Part shown: piece after piece, positions 18,068 to 28,800 of the stretch
How the letters are laid out: each line of letters begins with the position of its first letter
Position numbering within the stretch: the first letter of the stretch is position 1
Assembly: GCA_019244185.1 (NCBI GenBank)
Contig: JAFATB010000020.1
Span: 1-64,000, forward strand
DNA from: Acidobacteriota bacterium
Lineage (GTDB): Bacteria; Acidobacteriota; Thermoanaerobaculia; Gp7-AA8
Length of the DNA stretch: 64,000 bases
Reading direction: 5' to 3'
The notes under the pieces: generated by a model
Told to the model about the DNA's origin: nothing
Seen by the model: only the letters and a program-made list of their open reading frames with translations
Databases searched by the model: none
Program-made: the position numbers and the translations under genes

Positions 18068-19948
18068 TCAAGCACAATCTGCGAGAAACAACGCGAACAG
18101 CAGTGTGCGCGCGAACATCGGTGCGACAGCGAGCGCGGCCGCCGGCGCGCCGTCGCGAACGAGCGTCCAGCGGCGCTGCATCCCATCGAGATCGAGATAC
18201 TCGCGAACGGCCGGCGACGACGCGAGCGCGTTCATCGCGGCGTCGATCTCCGGCGCGTCGGCGCGCAACCGCAACGCGAGGTCCGCCCCCTGGCTGCCTC
18301 GCCGCGTGTTCCACTGCACCTCGGGCGGCAGAATGCCTTCCATCGCGCGGCGGATCAGCCAGCGATCGCGGTCGCCGCGCGCGAACTGCTCGTCCGGAAT
18401 GGCGAGACAGAACTCGAGCAGGCGGACGTCCGCGGTCGGATCGACGACCTCGAGTCCGTACCCTGCCCCGCTCTCGTGCCAGATCGCGCCGATCGGATTG
18501 ATGTCGGGCAGCAGCACGCGCAGCCGCTGCGCGCGCACGTCGAGGACGCCGCTCTGCAGCGGATCGTAGCCGGCCGCGCGCATGCGGTCGCCGATGCGCA
18601 TGCGCCGCGCGAACGCGGGATGCATGACGTCGTGGCGCGCGAGGATGCCTTCGGACCAGCCGCGGCGGAACGCGAATGAATATGCGCGCGCCCGCAGCGG
18701 ACGCGCGAGCTGCGCGGAAACCGCGCGCGCGAACGAGGTGCGCCGGTTGCGCTGAAATTCGCGCAACGCACGGTACGTGTCGAGCCAGCGTCCGCGCAGA
18801 AACGACCGCAGCGCGTGCTGCTGATCGCCGCTCCACGAGACGCCGCCGTTGCCGAGCTGTCCGGTCAGCAGCACGCCGGCGTCCGCGCGTTGCGATTCCG
18901 CGAGCAGGTCGATGATCCAGTGCAGGTTGCCCGCGGCGAACTCCGGCTCGTCGTGCAGAAAGAGCGAGCGCCGGAACGCGTCCAGCGTCGTGACGCGCTC
19001 CGCGCGCAGCGGACGGTGATCCTCGATGCCGCAACGCTCCGCGACGACATGCGCGAGCCGCCATTCGTCGACGACGACGCGCGGCAGCAACTGCGCGATC
19101 TCCGCGAAACGCGGCACGGACGTGAACGCCGTCAACCGCAATGGCGCCGCCGCGCGCGCCGCCAGCGCCGTCACCGAGCCGGAGTCGAGTCCAGAGCTGA
19201 GCGTCGTTGCGATGCGCCGGCTCGTGCGGATCCGTGCGCGGACGGCGGCGTCGTAGCGCGCGAGAAAGGCCTCGACGTAAGCGGCATCGTTCGGCAGCCG
19301 CAACTCCGGCAAGTCTTCCGGATGCCAGTAGCGCGTGAGCCGCGTGCCGCTCGCCGTGACGACGAGGTGATGCCCCGGCGGCAGGCGAAAGACGTCTTCG
19401 TGCAGCGTCGCCGCGCCGTCCGTCGGCCAGAACGCGAGATGCTGCGCGAGCCGCAGCTCGTTGAGCCGCCGCGGCACATAGGACAGCGCGAAGAGCGCCT
19501 TGCGACTGGACGCGAATGCGAACGCGTCGCCGCTGCGATGGTGATAGAGCGCGGTGTTGCCGAAGTGATCGCGCGCGACGAACAAACGCCGCGCGCGCGC
19601 GTCCCACGCCGCAAAGGACCAGTCGCCGTACAGCCGCGTGCACGCGTCTTCGCGCCAGCGTTCGTACGCGGCGGCGACGAGCGCGCGGTCGTCGACGTCG
19701 CCGAAGAGCGGCGTCAGTTCGTCGCGATTGTCGAGACGCGCGGTGGCGACGACGATCTCGCCCTTCGCGAGCCGCAGCACCGCGTCGTGCGCGGGCTCGT
19801 CGTGCGAGACGCGGCAGCCGATGGCGGCATGCGCGTCGGAAAATGCTCCGCCGTCGGGGCCCCAGTATGCGATGGCGTCGCGCATCGCCGCCGCTTCGCG
19901 CGCGTCCACCTCGCTATCGAAACGTACGAGCCCGTAGATCGCGCTCAA
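18068..19948 (-). CDS. Lasso peptide cyclase (asparagine synthetase-like, C protein)
   Basis: TTG start overlapping the B2 stop; N-term MSAIYG lacks the catalytic Cys of glutamine-dependent AsnB; ARDHFG, LSSGLDSGS PP-loop, LLTGQLGN, RWLIRRAMEGILP. Confidence 0.9.
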   Translation of the reverse strand: MSAIYGLVRFDSEVDAREAAAMRDAIAYWGPDGGAFSDAHAAIGCRVSHDEPAHDAVLRLAKGEIVVATARLDNRDELTPLFGDVDDRALVAAAYERWREDACTRLYGDWSFAAWDARARRLFVARDHFGNTALYHHRSGDAFAFASSRKALFALSYVPRRLNELRLAQHLAFWPTDGAATLHEDVFRLPPGHHLVVTASGTRLTRYWHPEDLPELRLPNDAAYVEAFLARYDAAVRARIRTSRRIATTLSSGLDSGSVTALAARAAAPLRLTAFTSVPRFAEIAQLLPRVVVDEWRLAHVVAERCGIEDHRPLRAERVTTLDAFRRSLFLHDEPEFAAGNLHWIIDLLAESQRADAGVLLTGQLGNGGVSWSGDQQHALRSFLRGRWLDTYRALREFQRNRRTSFARAVSAQLARPLRARAYSFAFRRGWSEGILARHDVMHPAFARRMRIGDRMRAAGYDPLQSGVLDVRAQRLRVLLPDINPIGAIWHESGAGYGLEVVDPTADVRLLEFCLAIPDEQFARGDRDRWLIRRAMEGILPPEVQWNTRRGSQGADLALRLRADAPEIDAAMNALASSPAVREYLDLDGMQRRWTLVRDGAPAAALAVAPMFARTLLFALFLADCA

Positions 19949-20394
19949 CGCGCGGCCCCGTCGGCGAACGTCGAGACGACGGCGTAACGCGCGCGCTCGG
20001 CGCCGCCGGTGAGGTAGTAGTCGCCGCTGCGTACCCACGCGTGCGCTTCGACCTTCGTCTCGCCGCGCGCGACGCCGAGGTAGAGCGTGTTCGGGATGCG
20101 GCGGAAGCGCAGCATGAGCTTCGCGGCGAACGCCTGCTCGAGACACTTGCAACGCCACGGCGCGCGGCGGCTCACCGCGCCGATCGCCCACGCGATCCGG
20201 CGGATCGCATCGGCATGGCGCGCCTCGCCGCTCTTCGGCGACTCCTGCATGTGCGCGCCGAGGCGGCGCGAGAGAGCGTTGAACGGCACGAGCAGGATCG
20301 TCACGCGGCCGAGCCCCAGCCACACCGTGGCCTCGGCGAGCGCGAGCCAGTCGCGCCACGTGAGGCGGAGGACGACGCTACGGTTCTTCGACAA
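19945..20394 (-). CDS. Lasso peptide leader peptidase (B2, transglutaminase-like)
   Basis: APWRCKCLEQAFAAKLML...LYLGV...EAHAWV Cys/His motifs. Start uncertain (20394 or 20415). Confidence 0.92.
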   Translation of the reverse strand: MSKNRSVVLRLTWRDWLALAEATVWLGLGRVTILLVPFNALSRRLGAHMQESPKSGEARHADAIRRIAWAIGAVSRRAPWRCKCLEQAFAAKLMLRFRRIPNTLYLGVARGETKVEAHAWVRSGDYYLTGGAERARYAVVSTFADGAAR

Positions 20395-20662
20395 GGCGGA
20401 CGAGGCGCTTCGCATGCAGGCTCTGCAGGAACGGCAGCACGTCCGCCTCGCACTGCGACGCGCTGACGTCGTAGCGGTTCTCGAGCGTGGAGCAGAGCGC
20501 GCTGACGCGCGTCGGCTGCTCGAGCTGTTCCCAGATCGCGGCGGCGATCTCGTCGAGCACGAAGTAGGTTCCGGTTTCCATGTCCATCATCGCGAGCTCG
20601 TCGCCCATCGGAGCGCTGACGAGATCGCCGGTGCGGACGACGACGGCGTCGCGGCTGATCAT
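20378..20662 (-). CDS. Lasso peptide RRE (B1, PqqD family)
   Basis: MGDELAMMDMETGTYFVLDEIAAAIWEQLEQP...YDVSASQCEADVLPFLQSL, a typical PqqD pattern. Confidence 0.92.
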   Translation of the reverse strand: MISRDAVVVRTGDLVSAPMGDELAMMDMETGTYFVLDEIAAAIWEQLEQPTRVSALCSTLENRYDVSASQCEADVLPFLQSLHAKRLVRLVEEP

Positions 20663-20805
20663 GCGGGGCGGATTATCGCATGTCGTCGCGGCGCGCCTTT
20701 GCGCGGACCACTTCCCGACCCATCGGCGCAAACATTGAACCCTCATTCAGCCCGTTTCGGCTCAATGCACGACCCTCGGCCGGCGCAACTCGTTGAAAAT
20801 ACGTA

Positions 20806-20821
20806 CGGCATTGCCGTTGAA
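20806..20821 (+). promoter_or_regulatory. Possible sigma54-type -24/-12 promoter
   Basis: CGGCATTGCCGTTGAA (GG-N10-GA, imperfect -12) about 30 nt upstream of the ATG at 20854. Confidence 0.25.
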
Positions 20822-20853
20822 CATAGAGACGCGCTTCAGGAGGCACGGAAATC

Positions 20854-21678
20854 ATGAAGTTGCGCGCTCTGCTCCTGGTCGGCGTCACGCTCCTCTTCGG
20901 CTCGTCTCTCTCCGCAAAAACCGGCGTCGTCTTCATCCACGGCAAAGGAGGCGCGGACCTCGCGCAGGCCGCCGTCGCGCGCGCGTACTGGGGCGACGAC
21001 ATGCTCCGCGCCTCGACGAAAGGCTTCACGATCCCGTACCTCGTCTGCTCGTACGACGGCACGCAGATCATGTGGGTGGCCGCGGGCCAGGTCGCGGGCG
21101 AGATCTACACCTGGATGAACGCGAACGCGATCGACGACATCGTCGTGGAGACGCATTCGTTCGGCGGCGTGGTCATCCGCTGGATCTTGTCGAACCCGAC
21201 GTACGACTCGCGCTACCAGCCGATCATCAACCGCATCCGCTGGGTGAACTCGATCGCGCCGCCGAACAAAGGCTCCGAGGCGGCGAACCTCGCGGGAACG
21301 CTGTCGGGCTCGTGGCTCACCGGCTGGATGATCGATCTCGTCGGCCAGAACAACGATTCGACGCGCAACTGCACGACCTCGTCGATGGCGTACTACAACC
21401 AGTACTACCTCAAGGGAACGGCGGGACGTCCGGCGCTGCCGAAGACGATCTACAACATCGCCGGCACGGGCCTCTGGAACGACTTCGCGCATTCGGAGGA
21501 CTACGGTCTGGCGACGCTCTCCGGCATCGCCGGAATGCCGGGCGAAGACGACGGCATGGTGTCGCAGTACAGCGCGCAGGCGGTGGGCGTGGTGTGGTTC
21601 ACGACGACGGCGAATCACCACCACAACCGCCGCAACGATTACCAGAAGATCGGCAACTCGCTGGCCACCGATTTCTGA
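20854..21678 (+). CDS. Secreted alpha/beta hydrolase (lipase-like)
   Basis: Signal peptide; VVFIHG, nucleophile elbow THSFGG, PNKGSEAA, EDDGMV, NHH. Confidence 0.82.
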   Translation: MKLRALLLVGVTLLFGSSLSAKTGVVFIHGKGGADLAQAAVARAYWGDDMLRASTKGFTIPYLVCSYDGTQIMWVAAGQVAGEIYTWMNANAIDDIVVETHSFGGVVIRWILSNPTYDSRYQPIINRIRWVNSIAPPNKGSEAANLAGTLSGSWLTGWMIDLVGQNNDSTRNCTTSSMAYYNQYYLKGTAGRPALPKTIYNIAGTGLWNDFAHSEDYGLATLSGIAGMPGEDDGMVSQYSAQAVGVVWFTTTANHHHNRRNDYQKIGNSLATDF

Positions 21679-21695
21679 GAAGGAGACGCACGACG

Positions 21696-22778
21696 ATGAA
21701 ACGCATTCTCTTCTGCACGCTCCTTTTCGCACCGTCTCTCTTCGCCGCCGATGTCACCGGTGCGTTCGAAGCGAACACCAAGTACGAGGCGCCGGTCGCG
21801 CACGCGCCGGCGAACGTCTCGCGCATGTTCGCGCGCGAGGTGCACGGCAACTCGATCGCCATTCCCGCGACCGGCGACGGCGGGATGATCGTGCTCGCGA
21901 TGACGCCGTCCGGCGCCGCGCGCACGCGCCTCACGACACCCGACGGCGCGGTGCTCGAGCCGTCGGAGAACGGCTCGCTCGAACGCGGACTGCGCCGCTT
22001 CGCCATCGACGCGAACGAGTCCGCGGAGCTCGGCCTGCCGCGCGGCGCGAATCACGTGCTGCACGTGCTGCACACGACCGCCGCGCGCTATCGCCTCGAT
22101 CTCGACACGCGCGAGCGCGCCGTTGTCGTCGCTGCGGAGCCGGACAGCTCCGTGACGCTCTCGACGTGGGCGGAGCCGCTCTCGCGGCAGCCGGGCGAGC
22201 CGGTGACGCTCGTCGCGGAGCTGCGCGACGGCAACGCGCCGATCACCGGCGCGCACGTCGTGGCGCGGCTCGCGTCGCCGGACGGTCACGCGTTCGATGC
22301 AGTCGCTCTGGTCGAGGAAGGCAACGGCGTCTATCGCGCGACGCTCGCCGACCTCCCGTCGCACGCGCCCGGCGCGTGGCAGGCGCGTTTCGACGCGGAC
22401 GGTCTCACGCCACGCGGCGCGGAGTTCGCGCGCACCGGCTCGGGCGAGCTCGTCGCTGAACGCGGCGCGGCGGACGTGCATCCGCGTTCGATCCACGCGG
22501 ACGTCGTCGGCGACGTGCTGCGCGTCAGCGCGAATGCGAACGTCCACGTCGCCGGCAACTATCGCTTTGATGTGATCGTCGCGCACGACGGAACGTCGCT
22601 GGCGTGGGGCGAGTCGGCGCGCGAGCTCGCGGCCGGCAACGCGCCGCTCGCCGTCGACATCCCGCTCGCGCTCATCGGCAACCGTTCTCCCGACGACTTG
22701 CTCCTCGACGTCCGCCTCCTCGGGCTCGACGCCGTGAACATGGGCGTGGCCGCGTCTTACCGCCGGTCGCCGCGCTGA
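21696..22778 (+). CDS. Secreted beta-rich hypothetical protein (choice-of-anchor X / DUF4785-like), probable hydrolase partner
   Basis: SD AAGGAG; signal peptide MKRILFCTLLFAPSLFA; EGNGVYRA motif; follows the hydrolase closely on the same strand. Confidence 0.6.
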   Translation: MKRILFCTLLFAPSLFAADVTGAFEANTKYEAPVAHAPANVSRMFAREVHGNSIAIPATGDGGMIVLAMTPSGAARTRLTTPDGAVLEPSENGSLERGLRRFAIDANESAELGLPRGANHVLHVLHTTAARYRLDLDTRERAVVVAAEPDSSVTLSTWAEPLSRQPGEPVTLVAELRDGNAPITGAHVVARLASPDGHAFDAVALVEEGNGVYRATLADLPSHAPGAWQARFDADGLTPRGAEFARTGSGELVAERGAADVHPRSIHADVVGDVLRVSANANVHVAGNYRFDVIVAHDGTSLAWGESARELAAGNAPLAVDIPLALIGNRSPDDLLLDVRLLGLDAVNMGVAASYRRSPR

Positions 22779-23245
22779 TGTTTCGCCAGACGCTGCAGGA
22801 AATCAGCGGCGATGCCGCCGCTGGTTTTCCGCAGCGTGAGCAGATAGACCGCGATCGCGACGATGCCGCCGAGGGCGCCGAGCGTGCCGAACTCGCGCTC
22901 GTGCGGGAAGAACGGCCAGAGCGTGAAGAGCACCGCGCCGATGACGCCGGCGAGGAGGAACAGCACGCGCTGCGCTTTCGGCGCGTCGAGATCGCGGTTG
23001 GCGACGAGACGAACCGTGGCCGTCGCGACGTCGGAGACGGCGGCGTCGGGTGCCCACGTCAGTGTGCACTCCACGGCGCCGGCGGACGCGTTGCCGCGCC
23101 GCAGCGGCAGCGCGAAGTCGCGCGCGCGTTCGCGTTCGGCCGTGACTTCGCCGCCGTAGAGCTCGACCAGCTCGCCGATCGCGGTCTCGATTCCGGCGAC
23201 CGGCACGCGGTCCTCGGTGAGCTCCAGCGGAGCGCGTTCGTTCAT
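22757..23245 (-). CDS. Hypothetical membrane protein (2 TM)
   Basis: SD AGGAG; two hydrophobic segments near the C-terminus. Confidence 0.65.
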   Translation of the reverse strand: MNERAPLELTEDRVPVAGIETAIGELVELYGGEVTAERERARDFALPLRRGNASAGAVECTLTWAPDAAVSDVATATVRLVANRDLDAPKAQRVLFLLAGVIGAVLFTLWPFFPHEREFGTLGALGGIVAIAVYLLTLRKTSGGIAADFLQRLAKHQRGDRR

Positions 23246-23385
23246 TCGTTTCTCCTAAGGAACCTCTGCACAAGTCGGGGGCATGCCGCTGATGGCGATT
23301 ACGGGTCGAGATCGAGAAGCGAGGAGGAGGCGATGCGGTGCCATCGTTGACGACGAGCGACGCGGAGCTCGGCCCGTAAGCGCCA

Positions 23386-25095
23386 TCAGCGGCGTGCCTC
23401 CGGCTTGTGCGGAGGTTCCCTGAGCCACTGGCGCCGCAACTCGCTCGGCCCTGCGACAGCGAGTCCGATCTGCGGCCGCGGATCGCGCCGCGCGGTGAAT
23501 GCGAGCCGTCGCACGACGCCCGCGCGCGCGACGAGCAGCTCCGCGCTCTCGCCGATCTGCATCGCACGGAGCGCGCCCGCGAGCAGTTCCGGCGTGGCGA
23601 TGCGCGTCTCGCCGAGCGCGAGCAGCTCGTCGCCCGGCAGCAGGCCCGCGTCCATGCCCGCGCCGCCGCGCAGCACGGCGCTGACCATGAGCGATCCGCC
23701 GCTGCCGTCGAGCCGCGCGCCGAGCGAGGCGCCGTCGCGCGGAGTCGACGAGAACGCGAGTCCTACGCTGCCGAGGCATTCGTCGTATGGGAGCGGCTCG
23801 ACGCCGTCGACGTAGCGCGCGAAGAAGTCGTCGACGTCCGCGATCTTCGCGACGGTGCGTTCGAAGCCGTCTTCCTCGAGGCCGCGCCGCGGCACGCCGT
23901 ACTCGTCCCACAGCAGGCGCATGACGTCGTCGAGCGAGCGCTCGCCGTTCGTCGCGCGGCGGATCGCGAGATCGAGCAGCAACGCGACGAGCTGTCCTTT
24001 GTTGTAGAACGAGTACCACGCGTTGGCGTGATCGTGGTTGTACGCGGGATCGCTCAGCCAGCCGTCGAAGCTGGCCTGCGACAAAGGCACGTGCAGGCGC
24101 GCCGGCATGCCTTCGAGCGTTTCGATCTCGCGCCGCAGTTGTTCGACGTAGCGCGCGACGCTCCACACGCCGCCGCGCACGAGCGTGAGGTCGCCGTAGT
24201 ACGACGTCACGCCTTCCATCACCCACAGCAGGCGCGTCGGCGTCTCGTGCCAGTAGTCGTACGGCGTGAACGCGGCCGGCACGATCCGTTTGACATTCCA
24301 CGCGTGAAAGAGCTCGTGCGAGGTGATCGAGAGGAAGCGGTCGAAGCCCTCGTCGCCGGGTCCTCCGCCGAGGAGCTGCGAGCGGCGCGCGATGATGGAA
24401 CAGGAGTCTTCGTGCTCGACGCCGTGCCACCGTTCGCCGAGGTGATAGAGGAAGCGGTAGGTGTCGAACGGCAAGCCGCCGAAGAGCGCGGCCTGCGTAT
24501 GCGCGATGGCGCGGATCGGCTCGACGTACGACGCGGTGTCGAGACCTTCGGCGCCGCGGAAGACGAGATGAAAGGTGGCGTGCGATTCGTGAAATGTCTC
24601 GCGTGTGATGGTCGCCGCGGCGATGAGCGGCGAGTCGATGAGGTGATCGTAGTCGCGCGCGCGGAAGGTCTGCTCGTTCTCGCGCGGCAGCTGCGTCTCG
24701 ATGAGCCACTCCGCGGGCGCGGCGACGGTGAGGCGATGCTCTTCGTTGCGCAGGCCGTCGACGAGCATGAAGAGATTCGAGCCGTTGACATACGCCTCGT
24801 CGTCGTCGAGGAACGACGAGCCGGCGTCGAGGACGCCCGCGTAGAAGCGGTAGCGGACGGTGACTTCCTCCCCCGCCCGCGCGTCGACGCGCCACGACGA
24901 CTTGCCGTCCTTCGCGATGCCGTGCTCGCCCGCGGACCATTGCCGCACGTTCGCGGCGTAGTTCTGCACGAGGTAGCGGCCGGGACGCCAGACGGGTAAG
25001 AGCAGTCGCGGGGCGTCATGCGGAGCGGTGAACCGGAGCGTGACGTCGAAGAGCCGGTCGGTGGCGCGCTCCCACGAGAGGAGGTAGTGCAGCAT
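23386..25095 (-). CDS. M61 glycyl aminopeptidase with PDZ domain
   Basis: LPVWRPGRY, YDHLIDSP, GVEH, SHELFHAWNVKRI (HExxH), LWVMEGVTSYY, FYNKG, C-terminal AGLLPGDELLAL. Confidence 0.92.
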   Translation of the reverse strand: MLHYLLSWERATDRLFDVTLRFTAPHDAPRLLLPVWRPGRYLVQNYAANVRQWSAGEHGIAKDGKSSWRVDARAGEEVTVRYRFYAGVLDAGSSFLDDDEAYVNGSNLFMLVDGLRNEEHRLTVAAPAEWLIETQLPRENEQTFRARDYDHLIDSPLIAAATITRETFHESHATFHLVFRGAEGLDTASYVEPIRAIAHTQAALFGGLPFDTYRFLYHLGERWHGVEHEDSCSIIARRSQLLGGGPGDEGFDRFLSITSHELFHAWNVKRIVPAAFTPYDYWHETPTRLLWVMEGVTSYYGDLTLVRGGVWSVARYVEQLRREIETLEGMPARLHVPLSQASFDGWLSDPAYNHDHANAWYSFYNKGQLVALLLDLAIRRATNGERSLDDVMRLLWDEYGVPRRGLEEDGFERTVAKIADVDDFFARYVDGVEPLPYDECLGSVGLAFSSTPRDGASLGARLDGSGGSLMVSAVLRGGAGMDAGLLPGDELLALGETRIATPELLAGALRAMQIGESAELLVARAGVVRRLAFTARRDPRPQIGLAVAGPSELRRQWLREPPHKPEARR

Positions 25096-25145
25096 GCGCG
25101 CGCGATCATAGTGGAGCCGTCGTTGCGCGTTGATATACTTCCGGC

Positions 25146-25694
25146 ATGCCTGCCACAAAGATCATGGTCATCCGCCACGCGGAGAAGCCGACCGGCAGCG
25201 ACGACGGCGTGCTCCCGACCGGCAAGCGCAACGCCGACTCGCTGATCGTGCGCGGCTGGCAACGCGCCGGCGGCCTCGCCACGCTCTTCGCGCCGAGTCG
25301 CGGTCCGCTACAGGGCGCCCACCTCGCGACACCCGCGTTTCTCTACGCGTCGAAAACGGACGCGCGCAAGCACAGCCACCGCCCCTACCAGACCCTCGTC
25401 CCGCTCGCCGCGAAGCTCGGCCTCACGATCAACGACGCCTTCAAGAAGGACGAGTACGAGCTGATGCTCCTCGACGCCGGCGCCCGCGAAGGCACGGTCC
25501 TCATCGCCTGGCAGCACGAGTTCATCCCCCAGATCGGCAACACCATCACCGGCAACGACTCCACCGTCCCGCAGAAATGGCCGAGCAGCCGCTTCGACGT
25601 GGTGTGGGTATTCACCAGGCACGCGAAGGACTACGCGTTCGCGCAGGTGCCGCAGTTACTGCTGGCCGGGGATGAGGAAGAAGGGATCGGGTAA
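25146..25694 (+). CDS. Histidine phosphatase superfamily protein
   Basis: IMVIRHAEKP, RPYQT, VLIAWQHEFIP. Confidence 0.82.
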   Translation: MPATKIMVIRHAEKPTGSDDGVLPTGKRNADSLIVRGWQRAGGLATLFAPSRGPLQGAHLATPAFLYASKTDARKHSHRPYQTLVPLAAKLGLTINDAFKKDEYELMLLDAGAREGTVLIAWQHEFIPQIGNTITGNDSTVPQKWPSSRFDVVWVFTRHAKDYAFAQVPQLLLAGDEEEGIG

Positions 25695-25815
25695 GCCCGC
25701 CAAACGGCGCTATCCTTAGCGCATTCACTGAAAGAACTGGTCGTTCCGCCCGCGCTTCAGCACCGCGGGAAATCGAGTTCTACGTCCCTCACTAGCAACG
25801 AACGGAGGAGGCGGG

Positions 25816-28800
25816 TTGCTCCGGAAGACGCGCGCGGTTGCTCTGCTCTCGGTGCTCGCCGTCGCGGCCGCGGCCGCGCTGTGGTGGCGTACGCGTACGA
25901 GCGATCCTCTGTCTCTGCTGGTCGCAAGCATGCCTCGCGACGCGCGCACGCTGGAAGGGCGTATCACCGGTGGTTTCGCATGGGCACCGCTCCGCCACGT
26001 CACGCGCACGGCGAATGCCTCGATGTTGCCGGCGCCGTCCTTCGCCGCCGCGGCGGCCCTCGCGCTTCATCAAGCGACCACGGATCGCTCCATCGAAGCT
26101 CGCCGCGCACGGGCGATCGCATTGTTGTTCGGCGGCAGCACACGTCAGGCCGTGGCCGAATTGCGCGAGCTCACCGACGCCGCACCATCCGACGCGCGCG
26201 TGTTCGCCGATTACGCAGCGGCGGAGTGCGAGCTCGCCGCAAGTACCGACAACCCAAGCCTGCTACCCGACGCGTTGGCAGCAGTCGATACGTCGCTCCG
26301 CCTCGAGACCGCGTTCCCCGAGGCGCTGTTCAACCGTGCGCTGATCCTCGAGCACCTCGGTCTTCGTGATCAGGCGCGCGAAGCATGGGAGCGCTATCTG
26401 GCGATCGATACGTCGAGCGATTGGGCGGCGGAAGCGCGAACGCGGAGCCGAGCACTCGCACCCGTGGTGCCGTTTCGCACGGTTCTCGAGCAGAGCTACG
26501 CGCGCCTCGCCGCCGATCCCGAGGCGGCACATGCGCTCGCGCGCGCCGAGCCGCAGGACGCGCGCCGCTACGGCGAGACGAAGATCCTCGGGAACTGGGC
26601 CGACGCGGAAGCGGCAAACCGGCACGACGAGGCGGAGCGGCATCTTCGCGTCGCGCGCGAGCTCGGTGCGGAGCTGTTTCGCAATCGCGGCGAGGGCATG
26701 TTGCGCGGCGCGGTCGCGGCAATCGATCGCGCGGATGCGGCGCAGCGGCGCCATCTCGTCACTGCACATCAGTTGTTTCGCGATGGGCAGAAGGCTTTCA
26801 TGGCCGACCACGCCGCGGTCGCGCAGACGACCCTGTCGCGCGCACAGACGGAGTTCGAGTCAGGCGGCAGTCCGCTCGCGCTCGCGGCCGCGTATTTCGT
26901 CGCGCACACCTATCACGCGCTTGGCGATCTCTCAGCAGCGCGGCGACGTGAACGCGAGCTTCTCACCACGGCTCCCGCCGAACTTCCTGCGCATCGTGCG
27001 CAGCTGCTCTGGCATCTCGGCCTGGGCCACATGTCGGATGGCAACTGGGGCGACGCGCTTCTCGCGCTGCGTGAGAGCGTCTCGATCTTCGAACGCCTCG
27101 GCGAGACGGAGTTCGCGACGACGGTGCGCGAGCTGATCGCCGAGGTCGACGACCGGACCGGAGATCACGCGAGTGCGTGGGCAGAACGCATCGTCGCGCT
27201 GAAACAGATCGGTCGTACTTCGACGACACGCCTCGAGATGGCGCTGGATTTCGTGGCGCGCGATGGCATCGCGAAGAGGCAGTGGGGCGTCGCGACGTCG
27301 TTTCTCGAACTCGCGGCGGACGTTGCGACGCGCGTGGACGATCCGGCCGTGGAAGTGGAGATGCGCACGCTGCAGGCGCGCGCTTTAGCGCAGGCACACG
27401 CGACCGCGTCCGCCGCAATGGCAATCGAACGCGCGCGTGCAGCCGCCAGCCGGCTCGACGATGCGGCCGCACGTGAATCCGCTGACGCGGACATTCGCGC
27501 CGCCGAGGCGATCGTTGCGGCGTCGCCGCATGAGGCGGTGCGATTGCTCGATGCGGCGATCGAATACCACCGCACGCATGGGCGAAGAATTCGCCTTCCC
27601 GACATGCTCCTGAGCCGCGCGCGCGCATTTGGCGCGCTCGGAGACGACGTGCGTGCTGCCGCCGATCTCGAGGCAGGCGTCGTGCAGTTGGAGACTGCGC
27701 GCGAGTCGCTGCCTCCCGGCGCGCAGCGCTGGGGAGCGTTCGATGCGGCGGAGGAGCTGTTCGAGGATGCGATCGCGCTCGCATTGCGCCGCGCAGACAC
27801 GCGCGCTGCGTTTCTCTACGCGGAACGTGCACGAGCGCGCCAGCTGCTGGATGCGCTCGGCGGTGCCGCCCCGGCAACCGTGCCGATGCCGGTGGATCCG
27901 GACGTAGCCATCGTCGAATACTTCCCGTTGCCCCGAACGCTCATCATCTTCGTGATGACGCGCGATGGACTCACGGCAGTCCAGGAGGCGGTGAGCCGCG
28001 AGACTCTCGAGCGTGACACGGAACGATTTCGCCGCGCGCTGCCGCTGGCAACTAACACCACCGTCGGCGGCCTCAGTCGCTCGCTCCATCGCCGCCTCGT
28101 CGAGCCGATCGAGCGCTTCGTCGCGAACAAAACGGAGTTGGTGCTCGTCGGCGGACCGGCGATCGCGGCCACGCCGTTCGCGGCGCTGACCGATCGCGGC
28201 GGACGCTTTTTGATCGAAGAGCACGCGCTCGTCATCGCACCGAGTGCGTCCGTTTACGCGCGCATGGGTGCACGCAAAATCGAGACGGCGCGCGCGCCAC
28301 GAGTCCTTGTCGTCGCGAATCCATCCGTCGACGGCAGCGACCCGCTCCCCGCTGCGGATCGCGAAGCCTCGGCTGTCGCGTCGCTGTACGCCGACGCGAC
28401 ACGTCTCACAAACAGTTCTGCGACGGCGATGGCGTTCACCGCGGGCGCGTCGGCGGCGAACGTGATTCATCTCGCCACGCATGGCGTTCTTCCCGATGAC
28501 AAACGTGGGAACGCCGGATTGATGTTCACCGGCGGCCGACTGGACGTTCCGGCCATCGCCGCCCTCCGTCTGACTCGGACGACCACGGTCGTCGTCGCCG
28601 CGTGCAGCAGCGCGCGCGGACCGGTCCGACCGGAAGGAACCATCAGCGTCGCGCGCGCGTTCCTCGCCGCCGGCGTCCCAAGCGTCGTCGCTACGCTCTG
28701 GGACATCGACGACGACCAGTCCGCGCGTTTTTTTCCGCTCGTGCACGCGCAACTCGCGCGTGGCGTACGCGCCGCAGACGCGCTGCGCACCGCACAACTC

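Noticed and set aside
18068-19948. Housekeeping asparagine synthetase AsnB
   Set aside because: Lacks the N-terminal catalytic Cys and is translationally coupled to lasso B1/B2 with a precursor downstream.
20854-21678. Lasso isopeptidase
   Set aside because: Small secreted lipase-like hydrolase; lasso isopeptidases are large S9 prolyl-oligopeptidase-type proteins.
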